Below, piece by piece: positions 7,245 through 16,381 of a DNA stretch of 41,635 nucleotides (the first letter of the stretch is position 1; each line of letters opens with the position of its first letter). Below the pieces are notes generated by a model. That model saw only the letters and a list, made by a program, of their open reading frames with translations. It ran no database searches and had not been told where the DNA came from. This stretch comes from a virus (lineage: Duplodnaviria > Caudoviricetes). The position numbers and the translations under genes are program-made. The DNA is taken from positions 1-41,635 of IMG/VR virus record IMGVR_UViG_3300037045_000162; one strand, given 5' to 3'.

Positions 7245-7265
7245 TAATGCTTATTATCACAACAA
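7236..7265. other. Symmetric dif/lox-like recombination site
   Basis: TGTTGTGATAA-TGCTTA-TTATCACAACA (11-6-11; the perfect inverted repeat extends to 13 bp), overlapping the recombinase stop codon. Confidence 0.7.
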
Positions 7266-7286
7266 GACCGCCAGGAGAGAGGAAAA

Positions 7287-7544
7287 ATGAGTGATCTGCG
7301 GTTTCAGATGATGGTGATGACGCCCAACGGGCCGGGGCTGGTGCAGGGGTTGTTGAGCAGGCCAGGGAAGGCGGATGCGATCCTGGTTTCGCATGAGCCG
7401 AGGATCTTTGCGCCGGCAGAGCTGCTGGCACGAACAGAAAAACAGGTCGGGGAGCAAATCTCGCTGGAGAGCACGAATCCGGCGATCTGGATCCTGTTTG
7501 CTTATCCGGAGGGGATGTTGAGTCCGTTGAATGGGGGCAGGTGA
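7287..7544 (+). CDS. Hypothetical protein
   Basis: ORF with AGGAGAGAGG RBS. Confidence 0.6.
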   Translation: MSDLRFQMMVMTPNGPGLVQGLLSRPGKADAILVSHEPRIFAPAELLARTEKQVGEQISLESTNPAIWILFAYPEGMLSPLNGGR

Positions 7545-7581
7545 GGCCTGGTGGATGAAGGCGGAGAAAGGAAGGTGCAGG

Positions 7582-7968
7582 ATGGGTGCTGATCAATATG
7601 ATGTTTTGCTGAAGCGGATGCCGGCGGGGCTGGATCGGGCGGTGCTGCGGGTGATCTCGCAGCGGGTGGGTCGGGGGCAGGCGGTTGGGCGGGGGCAACT
7701 GGTGCGGCTGGTGGGGCAGGGCGGTTTCCGGGCGCATGAGCGGCAGATCCGGGAGGTGATCAAGGAGCTGCGGCGGCAGGGGCATTTGATCTGCTCGGCG
7801 GCGGGGGAGAGCGGCGGGTACTGGATGGCGGCCAACCGGCAGGAGTTTGAGGCGTTTGGGCAGCAGGAGTTTGAGGCGAAGATCAGCGATATGAGTGAGA
7901 CGTGGCGGGCGATGCGGAAATCGGCGGATGAGAAATTTGGCACGGCGGTGCAGGAAAGGTTGTTCTGA
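7582..7968 (+). CDS. Winged-helix DNA-binding phage protein
   Basis: ERQIREVIKELRRQGHLICS...GGYW pattern. Confidence 0.7.
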   Translation: MGADQYDVLLKRMPAGLDRAVLRVISQRVGRGQAVGRGQLVRLVGQGGFRAHERQIREVIKELRRQGHLICSAAGESGGYWMAANRQEFEAFGQQEFEAKISDMSETWRAMRKSADEKFGTAVQERLF

Positions 7969-8729
7969 TGGCCAATTCAAGATTTGCAATCCTTCAGACC
8001 AGTGCGGTTTCGGATGAACGGGTCACTGCTGCCCAATTCAGGACACTGGCAGCCCTTGGCACGTTCGGTGATAAGGACGGGTGGTGTTACCCCAAATTGA
8101 CCACATTGGGGAAGATGCTGGGCAAAACAAAGCAAGCGGTCAGCAAGGATATCCTTGCCCTGGCCGAGCTGGGCTATGTCCAGGTCAAGCACCAATACAG
8201 GGAAGATGGCAGCCAGCAAAACAACCTGTATCGCCTGGTTTTTGATACCCCCGTCAACGTCACGTTGACCCCCCATCAACCCCAGGTTGACGCCCCGTCA
8301 ACTCCTGAGGTTGACCCCCCGTCAACTTCTGAGGTTGACGCATTAACGACCCATATTAACGATCCAATAAAACTTAATGAGGATGTTGTTGGCGAAACGC
8401 CAGAAAAAAGCGAAATCGCAAACGAACCAAACATTTTCGAGCTTTACGAAAAAGAAATCGGTACGCTCACGCCGATGGTTGCCGAGACGCTGAAATGCGC
8501 CAGGGAGGACTTTCCGGATCACTGGATCCGGGAAGCGGTTGCCATTGCCGTCAGGAACAATGCCCGCTCCTGGAGCTATACCGAGTCGATCCTGAAACGC
8601 TGGCGGGTGGATGGATTTAAGGCAGATCATCGCAAGGGCAGAGATTCACCCAGGCCAGTGTACAAAAAGGGCCGGAAAGGTGTTGTGGATACATCCGAAT
8701 TAGACGCGTTGATCGAGGCAGGTGTATGA
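7968..8729 (+). CDS. Phage replication initiator (N-terminal wHTH plus DnaD-like domain)
   Basis: WCYPKLTTLGKMLG HTH; NIFELYEKEIGTLTP...WSYTESILKRW DnaD domain; internal iterons. Confidence 0.88.
   Translation: MANSRFAILQTSAVSDERVTAAQFRTLAALGTFGDKDGWCYPKLTTLGKMLGKTKQAVSKDILALAELGYVQVKHQYREDGSQQNNLYRLVFDTPVNVTLTPHQPQVDAPSTPEVDPPSTSEVDALTTHINDPIKLNEDVVGETPEKSEIANEPNIFELYEKEIGTLTPMVAETLKCAREDFPDHWIREAVAIAVRNNARSWSYTESILKRWRVDGFKADHRKGRDSPRPVYKKGRKGVVDTSELDALIEAGV
8253..8339. repeat. Replication origin iterons within the initiator gene
   Basis: Four palindromic units (G/A)TCAAC-N5/N5/N7/N7-GTTGAC. Confidence 0.8.
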
Positions 8730-9199
8730 TGGCAAAATTATCAGAAATATCTTTCATGCTGAAACAGTTGGCAGGTGCTTATAACCAGGAGGTGACTGCA
8801 GAGCAGGCCAGGGCCTATCACAGTGTTTTGCATCGCTATCCGCGCATGGTGCTGGTTGCTGCGATCACCAACCTGATGGAAAAGTCGACATTCTTTCCAC
8901 GGATCAGTGAGATCGTAAAAATTGCCGATCAGGTCAACAGCGGCTATTCAGAGCCGGACTGGGCGAAATTTGACGAGGCGACGCGCTGGTATCTTTACAC
9001 CCACAGCATGATCAGCCCTGACGAATTGAGCGAGGCGGATGTGGAGAAGATCTGCAAAGATGCCGGCGTGGATCAGGAGCGGGATGCCAGGCCGGTGCGG
9101 GAGTTGAGCGCGGCCGAGGTGCGGGCGGTGTGCCAGGCGCGGGGTCTGCCGGTGAGCCGGCGGGTAGAACTGCGCCAGGCTGAGCCTGTGTTGCATTAA
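8726..9199 (+). CDS. Replicative helicase loader/inhibitor-like protein (G39P type)
   Basis: Follows the initiator; LAGAY...AITNLMEKSTFFPRISEI motif. Confidence 0.6.
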   Translation: MMAKLSEISFMLKQLAGAYNQEVTAEQARAYHSVLHRYPRMVLVAAITNLMEKSTFFPRISEIVKIADQVNSGYSEPDWAKFDEATRWYLYTHSMISPDELSEADVEKICKDAGVDQERDARPVRELSAAEVRAVCQARGLPVSRRVELRQAEPVLH

Positions 9200-9201
9200 T
9201 C

Positions 9202-9294
9202 ATGCTGGATAGACGGCGAAAAAGGTTGATTGCAGCTGCATGCCTGGTGCTGGTGCTGCTGGTGGCAATGACCCTGCTGCGGATTGGAGTTTAA
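9202..9294 (+). CDS. 30-aa membrane peptide
   Basis: MLDRRRKRLIAAACLVLVLLVAMTLLRIGV; tightly packed between neighbours. Confidence 0.45.
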   Translation: MLDRRRKRLIAAACLVLVLLVAMTLLRIGV

Positions 9295-9405
9295 ATGAAT
9301 GCTTTGAGTTTGTTCCTGGTTGGGCTGGGGGTTGGTTTTGTGGCCGGGGTGCTGGTGGTGCTGTTCTGGGCGCTGGGCAAGGCGGCCAAGATGGGAGACG
9401 GGTGA
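9295..9405 (+). CDS. 36-aa membrane peptide
   Basis: MNALSLFLVGLGVGFVAGVLVVLFWALGKAAKMGDG; GGAG RBS. Confidence 0.5.
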   Translation: MNALSLFLVGLGVGFVAGVLVVLFWALGKAAKMGDG

Positions 9406-9412
9406 AGGCGGG

Positions 9413-9694
9413 ATGGTGGAGGGTGAACTGCTGGCGAACATGGACCCGGTGAAGCCCTGGCGCTGCGCGCAGTGTCATGCGGTGCTGGGGGTGGTGGAGC
9501 GGGACGGGGACGGTTTTCGGCGTCTGCGGGTGCTGCGGCGGGCGGTGGCGGACGGTCTGCCGGTTGGGGAGGGTGAGACGGCGGCCACGGTGCGGGGCGG
9601 TCTGCTGGACGTGCATTGCGAGTTGTGCGGGGCGGTGCGCACGTGGGTGCCTGGAGAGGAGGGGTTGCGGGAGTTGGTGGGGAGAATCGGTTGA
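9413..9694 (+). CDS. Zinc-ribbon protein (possible late-gene regulator)
   Basis: WRCAQC...HCELCG; last gene of the early operon. Confidence 0.65.
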   Translation: MVEGELLANMDPVKPWRCAQCHAVLGVVERDGDGFRRLRVLRRAVADGLPVGEGETAATVRGGLLDVHCELCGAVRTWVPGEEGLRELVGRIG

Positions 9695-9875
9695 CTTTTA
9701 TTGGTTTATACTTACAATATCAATAGGTTTGGGAAATTATTGGACCTGATATGAATAACTAAGCACATTTGCAGCGTATCATACATGTAGAAGCGGGCAT
9801 TAAGGCGATATTGCAGTATAACAAGAGTCCAAATAATAAATATTAACCGCTAGTTGATTTCAAGGTTCACCTTCT

Positions 9876-10682
9876 ATGAAAAAAATAAAAGTAGCATTTG
9901 AATACATTCTTGATAATCTGTTCGATGTGGCGACAGTGTTGATTGCTGGATATATTGTTGTTCGCCATCAAATCAAACCATTTCTTGCCATCGACATTGC
10001 CGAACTTGCGACTTGGATATTGGCAGTATTGGGGTTAATAGCAGTTTCTGGTATTTGGGAACGAAATAGAAGGCTGACCAGAATAGAAAAACTTAGTGAG
10101 GAAAGCCGAGATTTAGTTTTGCGGCGCTTGAGTGGCAGAGTACGCTCAAGTGACTTTTTTATTCCCGGAAAAAGTATTTCAGATAGCACCTTTTCATCTG
10201 CTATGAATATATTTGTGTCTGGAATGACTTTAACTCGTACCACAAGAGAATATATGGAACCTTGGGGGCAAAGACTAATTGCTGGTGCATCAATCAAGAT
10301 TATGATTTTAGATTCATCAAATAATGATTTGCTCGATGAGTTGGCTTTACGTAGTGCAGGTACAACTGATGTAGAATACTGGCGGAATCGCTTGCAGACA
10401 GTTGAAATTCTTGTTGAGATAATTGCGAAAACTCAGGGCAGTAAAGGTAAATTGGAATTAGGGCGTTTACCTTTTATTCCATCGTTTGGATTTACAATGA
10501 TTGACCCAGACGAACAACATGGTATATGTTACATAGAACTTTATCATCATAAATCAGCAAAGCCAAATCCAACGTTTGAATTAAAACCATCGCAAGACCC
10601 AGATTGGTACAAATTTTTCAGAGAGCAGTTTGAGTTACTTTGGGATAGTTGTCACGTGCAGTCTTTTGAAAATTTCACATGA
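9876..10682 (+). CDS. 2TM plus DUF5919-like protein, candidate defence effector
   Basis: Two N-terminal TM helices; C-terminal YIELY...PTFEL...WYKFFREQFELLW; low GC. Confidence 0.65.
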   Translation: MKKIKVAFEYILDNLFDVATVLIAGYIVVRHQIKPFLAIDIAELATWILAVLGLIAVSGIWERNRRLTRIEKLSEESRDLVLRRLSGRVRSSDFFIPGKSISDSTFSSAMNIFVSGMTLTRTTREYMEPWGQRLIAGASIKIMILDSSNNDLLDELALRSAGTTDVEYWRNRLQTVEILVEIIAKTQGSKGKLELGRLPFIPSFGFTMIDPDEQHGICYIELYHHKSAKPNPTFELKPSQDPDWYKFFREQFELLWDSCHVQSFENFT

Positions 10683-10715
10683 CAGACAGTGACTGGCAAG
10701 AACAGGGCTAACAAA

Positions 10716-10858
10716 GCGGGCGGTGGCGGATGGACTGCCGGCAGGGGAAGGCGAGACGGCGGCCACGGTGCGGGGTGGTCTGCTGGATGTGCATTGCGAG
10801 CTGTGCGGCGCGGTGCGCACGTGGGTGCCGGGGGAGGAGGGGCTGCGGGAGTTGATGG
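10716..10858 (+). pseudogene. Duplicated 3' half of the zinc-ribbon gene
   Basis: About 143-bp close but diverged copy of 9538-9680 with no start codon. Confidence 0.85.
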
Positions 10859-11593
10859 AGAAGCGGGGGAGAGAATATTAAAAAATTTGACTTTCTTGTA
10901 TTTTGTTATAAAATGATTAGGGGTGAAATTTATTGGTTTAATATGGGTGGATACAACTTACCTTGTAAGGTGTTAGGATATTTCAAATCACAGCTCTAAA
11001 CTTAGCAGATAAGGGAAATTTTCATCGTAAAAAGGGAGAAAATGGTGAGTACCAGAAAAGAAAAATATGCTCTAGAACCGAAGCCGATAGGCAGAGGGGG
11101 ACAAGCTGAAGTATTTAGAGCACGCAATAAACGCACTGGGGAAATTGTTGCTCTCAAACGATTGTTAAATAGGAGTGAGGGAACAATAGCACGGATGAGA
11201 AGAGAAATAGAAGTGCAAACTTCATTAGATCATCCCAATATCATGCCTATATATGATTATTCAACTTCTTATGTTTGGTATACAATGCCAATGGCTTCAC
11301 TTGTACTTGGAAAAATGGAGACCTCCATCGATACGAATAGCATTTTTGATATCGTAAAAGATTGTGCTCAAGGTTTGTTAGTCTCTCACATGAGGGGGAT
11401 AATTCATCGTGATATAACCCCTAACAATATATTCTGTTTATGCGATGATGATGGAAAACGATGGGTTGTTTCTGATTGGGGATTAGTTCGACAGCATGGG
11501 AAAACCACTGTAGTTAGGACATTATCAGGTCAAGAGTTTGGAACTGCAGGATATGCAGCACCGGAAATGTGGAAGAACGCACACGATGCCGAT

Positions 11594-13059
11594 GTAATTA
11601 CTCACAGCTCACAGGAATGGGAAGGGCGGGAGGTCCAAAAAGCCCTTGAATAGCAGCAAATGCATGGATACCTGCCAATTCAGCTGTGTCAATTACTGAA
11701 GCCAATGCAGCGTATGCGTTAGCGCCCCAATCAGAGCGAAAACACCCAGTTACCTTGCGATGAACGACCGAATGGCGTAATGCACGTTCAGCTACATTGT
11801 TGGTTGGTTCCACATCCGAGCGGTACAAGAAGACAAACAGATGCTGACGATATTTTAGATAACGGCGGCAGAGTCTGGCGGCATCGGGAGGGCTCAAAGA
11901 ATGTTGTAATAAATGGTCCGTGTAGCGCTCAATACGGGCTACGCGATCGGCAAATTGTTGTGGGGATAATTGATGACGCTGATGGTGGAGATGGATCGCA
12001 TAGCGGAACAAAAATTGCATCGCTTGGGGCCATCTCAAGTTCGGATGCGCCTCTACCACAGCCTGCAAATTGCGCAATTGATGAGCCATGCACAGTTGGC
12101 GCTGCTGCGCCGGGGACTTCAATTGTGCCAGATAGCAATCACTGACCCATACTTCAGCTTGCGCATCCCCCATGACATCCTGGATCACGTCCGAGCTGCG
12201 GTTGAAACGCAAAACATGCAATACCGCAGTAGCAGTGCAGAAGGCCCATTCCCACCAGTTGTTGTTTTCCACACGGCTGCCAGTCTCATCACAATGGATC
12301 ACCGGATTCTGCTGGATGGCGGTTTCAATCACGCCTACCTGCTCCTGTGCTTGCTTGCCACCGCGTTTCATGATTTTATCAATCCCGCCCTGGCTGATCG
12401 TTACCCCATGTAAGTCAAGCATCGCTTTCTGCGTTCGCTGATAGCTCATATGCTGTTCTTGTCGGTAGTACACCACGGTTGCTTCCAGCCGCGCTCCAAA
12501 CCTGCGTCCCATTTCCAGCCCGACCGGGGACTGCGCCAGCTGTTTCCGCCCGCAACACGGGCAGCCCACTTCGTAACAGCGCACTTCGATCACTTGCGCT
12601 TCCGCTTCTGGTAGTTCCGTAATCTGATTGACCTTGACCAACTGCCCCTGCTCCCCTTCCAGACTTGCCTCACAATTCTGGCAATGCTTTGCTCGTATTT
12701 CGATCACATGGTTGGGATCTGCTATCTGCTTGCGCTCATGCTTTTCGTGCCCCTTGGGTGGTCCATGCCGATGTTTGTGTTTCTCTTTGGACGCATTGCC
12801 TTTTTGGTCTTGTGATGGTGGCTGAGATGAATTTTTCGAAGATGTGGGTGGCTTTTGATTCTGCTCAAATTTCATTTTCAGCGCTTCATAGTCTGCCCGC
12901 AATTTTTCAAAAGCAGCTTGCATTTTTACCATCTGCTCATACTGCTGCATGATGATTTCGATCAATTCTTCCTTGTTCAGCGCTTCCAGATCGTTCCTGT
13001 TCATTGGGACTCATCTTACCAATTCTTTTCTTCTCTGTCTATATCCAGTGAGTAATTAC
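11594..13059 (-). mobile_element. IS66-family element, ISBst12-like single-ORF type, 1466 bp
   Basis: 12-bp terminal inverted repeats GTAATTACTCAC / GTGAGTAATTAC; 8-bp TSD ATGCCGAT at 11586-11593 and 13060-13067. Confidence 0.95.
11598..13004 (-). CDS. tnpC: IS66 family transposase
   Basis: Coiled coil, NSSQPPS, zinc ribbon, HCDETG, WVSD, QLCMAH and PTNNVAERALR motifs. Confidence 0.95.
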   Translation of the reverse strand: MNRNDLEALNKEELIEIIMQQYEQMVKMQAAFEKLRADYEALKMKFEQNQKPPTSSKNSSQPPSQDQKGNASKEKHKHRHGPPKGHEKHERKQIADPNHVIEIRAKHCQNCEASLEGEQGQLVKVNQITELPEAEAQVIEVRCYEVGCPCCGRKQLAQSPVGLEMGRRFGARLEATVVYYRQEQHMSYQRTQKAMLDLHGVTISQGGIDKIMKRGGKQAQEQVGVIETAIQQNPVIHCDETGSRVENNNWWEWAFCTATAVLHVLRFNRSSDVIQDVMGDAQAEVWVSDCYLAQLKSPAQQRQLCMAHQLRNLQAVVEAHPNLRWPQAMQFLFRYAIHLHHQRHQLSPQQFADRVARIERYTDHLLQHSLSPPDAARLCRRYLKYRQHLFVFLYRSDVEPTNNVAERALRHSVVHRKVTGCFRSDWGANAYAALASVIDTAELAGIHAFAAIQGLFGPPALPIPVSCE

Positions 13060-13848
13060 ATGCCGATAGTAGAACAGATGTATATAGTCTTGGCCGCGTT
13101 GTAGCATGGTGCCTGACAGGTGAATGGCCTACGCCTAATATTCCTCTTATCCCTGGTGGAATTTGGAAAAAATTTGTTGAGATATCAACAGAATTGAATC
13201 CAGATAATCGTTTTCAGGATATGAGAGGAGTTATTGACTACATTAGTAAAATGCAAAAATCCAATCAAACGGATAATATTGAAGTGGAAGCGTCAGCACA
13301 AATTCCAGGGTTAAACAATCAAGATTCGATGGTATTTAAATCAATATGTGAAATTTCGATAGCAAACGACTCTGACTGGATTGAATTGGATGAAATCCAA
13401 GAAATATTTGTCGACAACTATTTACAGGAAGATGATTTTCTAGAAAGTATTGATTTATTACTGGAAGTTTCTTATATCAGGGGAGATAGGACAATTGATG
13501 GAAAAGTACACAGTTTTCAAATTACGCCCGTAGGATTTGAACGTTATACAAAATCTTATCTTCCTCAATTCGACGCTTTGATGATAAAAGTATTAAAAGC
13601 AATCGTTGAACGAAATATTACTGATAACAAATCTCTTTCATCTGTTTTAGACGAGCAACAAGTTTTAGTAGATTTCTCACTGAATATTTTAACAGCCAGA
13701 AATTATTTTGAAATATCAAGAGCATTAGGTGGGCATATCTATGTAGATCAAGTTCTAGTTAAAGGAAAAAGAGCAGCTCGCAATTCATAATTCGCGCACT
13801 ATTTCTAACAGTAGCTCTTTGTAATTCTCCGTTTGATAAGGAGTATTA

Positions 13849-14703
13849 ATGAAAAAACAATCTAACAAAAGAAAAAACGACGAAAAGCCCGAAGAAATAA
13901 TTGATGAGATTACATCTAGTCTTGATGACTTGCACAAAGAGTTTGTAGGCGTATCTGAAAAAATCGGGTATGCACGCGATAGTTTGTATTCAATAAGACC
14001 TATTGCGGAACGCCTGGGGGATTCCACATCTACTGATCCGGGAGCGGTAAACTTATATAGAGATGACTTAGATATTTTATATTCCATCAGGGATGAAGTG
14101 AATTCCCTTATGGCAGAGGCATATCCATTTACTAGTTCAGTCATTGATACTGCAGGTTCTGCAATTTCCTATTGTTCCTCAACAAGTACGACCGCTTCAT
14201 TCGTTTTTCGAGCAGATGCAAACCTCGATATGGAATTGCCAGTCATTCATCCTTTTCACCATCTTGAAGATTATTCGGAGCGCATTTCAAATTTTGATTA
14301 TGCACTGGGAAAAACATATCGAGAAATTTGGGAAATATTGTATGGTACGCGCTCCGATCCTGAACGGGCTGCTTTATATTTAATCAGGCAGGCGTTTGAT
14401 CAAATATTCTTTAAATTGTCTCCTGATGATGATGTTCGCGCCTCTTCTTTCTGGAGTGAAAAAGAGGGGGATACACCTAATCAAATTTGGAGAATTGAAA
14501 GAATACATTTTGCAGCAAATACTCATGTCAAAAATAAACTGAAGGCAAAAACCTTGTTAGCTTCATCAAAGCATATGCTAGATGTTTATAAAAGCTTGAA
14601 TGAAGCTCATAATCGGGGTGAGATTAATAGAGTGAGAGCCCGAAAAGCACTTGAGGAAATGCGGAATTTTATAGAAGATTGGATAAGTGCTATCGAATTC
14701 TAA
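13849..14703 (+). CDS. Helical protein with a putative HEPN-like (pPIWI_RE_Y-like) C-terminal domain
   Basis: LIRQAFDQIFFKLSPDDDVRASSFW...RIERIHF...YKSLNEAH resembles that family; low GC; AAGGAG RBS. Confidence 0.5.
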   Translation: MKKQSNKRKNDEKPEEIIDEITSSLDDLHKEFVGVSEKIGYARDSLYSIRPIAERLGDSTSTDPGAVNLYRDDLDILYSIRDEVNSLMAEAYPFTSSVIDTAGSAISYCSSTSTTASFVFRADANLDMELPVIHPFHHLEDYSERISNFDYALGKTYREIWEILYGTRSDPERAALYLIRQAFDQIFFKLSPDDDVRASSFWSEKEGDTPNQIWRIERIHFAANTHVKNKLKAKTLLASSKHMLDVYKSLNEAHNRGEINRVRARKALEEMRNFIEDWISAIEF

Positions 14704-14866
14704 ATAGGCAAAGTGCAAACTTGAATTTGTAAATATAAGATACTTGTGCTGGATGACCTATAACTAACGCAGGCAGAGTGAATTATTGGACAATGTTATA
14801 ACATATAAAGTGTTCGGATAATCGCCGTTTAGGTGTTGTGAGTGAAAATATGGAAAGATAACAAAT

Positions 14867-15415
14867 ATGAAAAAGTCCGATAAAAAATGGTTAAGTTACG
14901 AAGAAGTCTCCACTTTTCTTTTGAACAAGCTTTCGGAAGATTTTGGGTTAAAAAAAGTTGAAGGCAAACAAAAATTAGTCGGTGAATCAGGAACGGAATG
15001 GGAAATTGATGCAAAAGGAATTCGTGATAATGACGACGGAATTGTTATCATTGAGTGCCGAAGATATACTACAAGCAAAATATGTCAAGAACAACTTGCT
15101 GGACTTGCATATAGAATTAGAGCTACTGGCGCTAAAAGTGGATATATGGTATCCCCCTTAGGTTTTCAAAAAGGCGCAAAACTCGTAGCCCAACACAACA
15201 ATATAATAAGTGTTCTTATTGATGCAGATAGCACCCCTCAAAATTTCGCTGTAGAATTTTTGAATAAATTATTTTTTGGAACGACTATGAACGTTGGGAT
15301 TGTAACAATTAGTGCTGAAATGAGTTTATTAAGAAAATGCACTTTGTGTGGGGATACTTTTTCTGTTAAAGACAATGAGACTGTTTGCCAAAAGTGTGAA
15401 GATAGAAAAATCTAG
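14867..15415 (+). CDS. Mrr-like PD-(D/E)XK restriction endonuclease with a C-terminal zinc ribbon
   Basis: GESGTEWEIDAKG...IIECRRY...GFQKGA; CTLC...CQKC. Confidence 0.8.
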   Translation: MKKSDKKWLSYEEVSTFLLNKLSEDFGLKKVEGKQKLVGESGTEWEIDAKGIRDNDDGIVIIECRRYTTSKICQEQLAGLAYRIRATGAKSGYMVSPLGFQKGAKLVAQHNNIISVLIDADSTPQNFAVEFLNKLFFGTTMNVGIVTISAEMSLLRKCTLCGDTFSVKDNETVCQKCEDRKI

Positions 15416-15443
15416 TTTATAAGTCCATATAAAATTGATGCAA

Positions 15444-15561
15444 TTGCAAAAACAAAACATTTGTGCTATAAATAATCTATAACTAACGCAGGCCCGATGG
15501 TACAGGTTCGGGCCACTAATCGGAGATGAGCGCCCGGTGCTATTTCAGCACCGGGTGTTTT
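15444..15561 (+). promoter_or_regulatory. Putative late promoter, structured leader and terminator upstream of the lysis genes
   Basis: TTGCAA-17-TATAAA; hairpin GGCCCGA/TCGGGCC (15491-15514); terminator CGCCCGGTGCT-ATTTC-AGCACCGGGTG-TTTT (15531-15561). Confidence 0.6.
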
Positions 15562-15622
15562 CGTTTCCCCCTACGGGGACCAAGTAACCCTCTGGCGAGG
15601 GATCCATTTCAAGGAGGTTTGT

Positions 15623-15973
15623 ATGTTTGATTCGTTGGTGGTGCAATGGGGCAGTTTGCTGGGGTTTGCGGCGGTGATCGCGGTGGTGATCAACCTGCTC
15701 AAGCTGGCCGGGGTGGTGAAGGATGACACGGCGCAGATCTGGAGCGCAGCGCTCAACCTGGCCGGCCTGGCGGGTTTGCTGCTGGTGAAGGTGTTCCAGC
15801 CGGAGCTGGACATTCCCGGGCTGGACCAGCAGGCGGCCGAGTTTGCGAATGTGATGACGGTGATGGTGGCGTATATCTCGCAGCTGCTGAGCTCGAAGTT
15901 GACGCATTATGCGATCCGGGGCATTCCGTTCTTCGGGGTGAGCAATTCGCACGTGCTGGACACCAATCAGTGA
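15623..15973 (+). CDS. Putative holin
   Basis: Three hydrophobic segments; AAGGAGG RBS; upstream of the endolysin. Confidence 0.7.
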   Translation: MFDSLVVQWGSLLGFAAVIAVVINLLKLAGVVKDDTAQIWSAALNLAGLAGLLLVKVFQPELDIPGLDQQAAEFANVMTVMVAYISQLLSSKLTHYAIRGIPFFGVSNSHVLDTNQ

Positions 15974-16063
15974 GATTGATGATGGGCGGGCCGCTGCCGG
16001 CGAGGTGGCGGCCCGCGGTGCGGTTTGATCGGGCGGCCCGTCACTGATTCGCAGAGGTAAGCA

Positions 16064-16381
16064 ATGGATTGGACAATGATCCTTATCACGGCCATCATCA
16101 ACATTCCGGCATTTGTGCTGATTGGCCAACAATTAAAAAAAGAAAAAGCGGCCACTCAGAAGACCAGCGTTGAGGCGGCCGACGTGCAGGTGGGGACTTC
16201 GCTGGATCTGGTGCGGGAGATGCGCACGGATATTGCCGATTTGAAACGGCGGGTGCATTCGCTGGAAGTGGAGAACTGCTGGCTGCGGCGCGGGGTGGGG
16301 GTGCTGATCGAGCAACTGCGGCGGCACAATATTCAACCGGCATTCACGCTGGATTCGACGCCGAAGGCGGAGGAGGTTTGA
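16064..16381 (+). CDS. TM plus coiled-coil lysis-module protein
   Basis: N-terminal TM helix, heptad repeats, position next to the endolysin. Confidence 0.6.
   Translation: MDWTMILITAIINIPAFVLIGQQLKKEKAATQKTSVEAADVQVGTSLDLVREMRTDIADLKRRVHSLEVENCWLRRGVGVLIEQLRRHNIQPAFTLDSTPKAEEV

Larger units (their letters stand above)
11042..13790 (+). pseudogene. Hanks-type Ser/Thr protein kinase interrupted by IS66
   Basis: GRGGQAEV, VALK, HRDITPNN, DWG and GTAGYAAPE motifs. Removing the IS and one TSD restores ...HDAD-SRTDVYSLG...LNPDNRF... in frame with ORF 13194-13790 (424 aa). Confidence 0.92.

Noticed and set aside
11594-11653. C-terminus of the 203-aa kinase ORF as a complete protein
   Set aside because: The last 19 residues are read-through into the IS end; the kinase continues after 13067.
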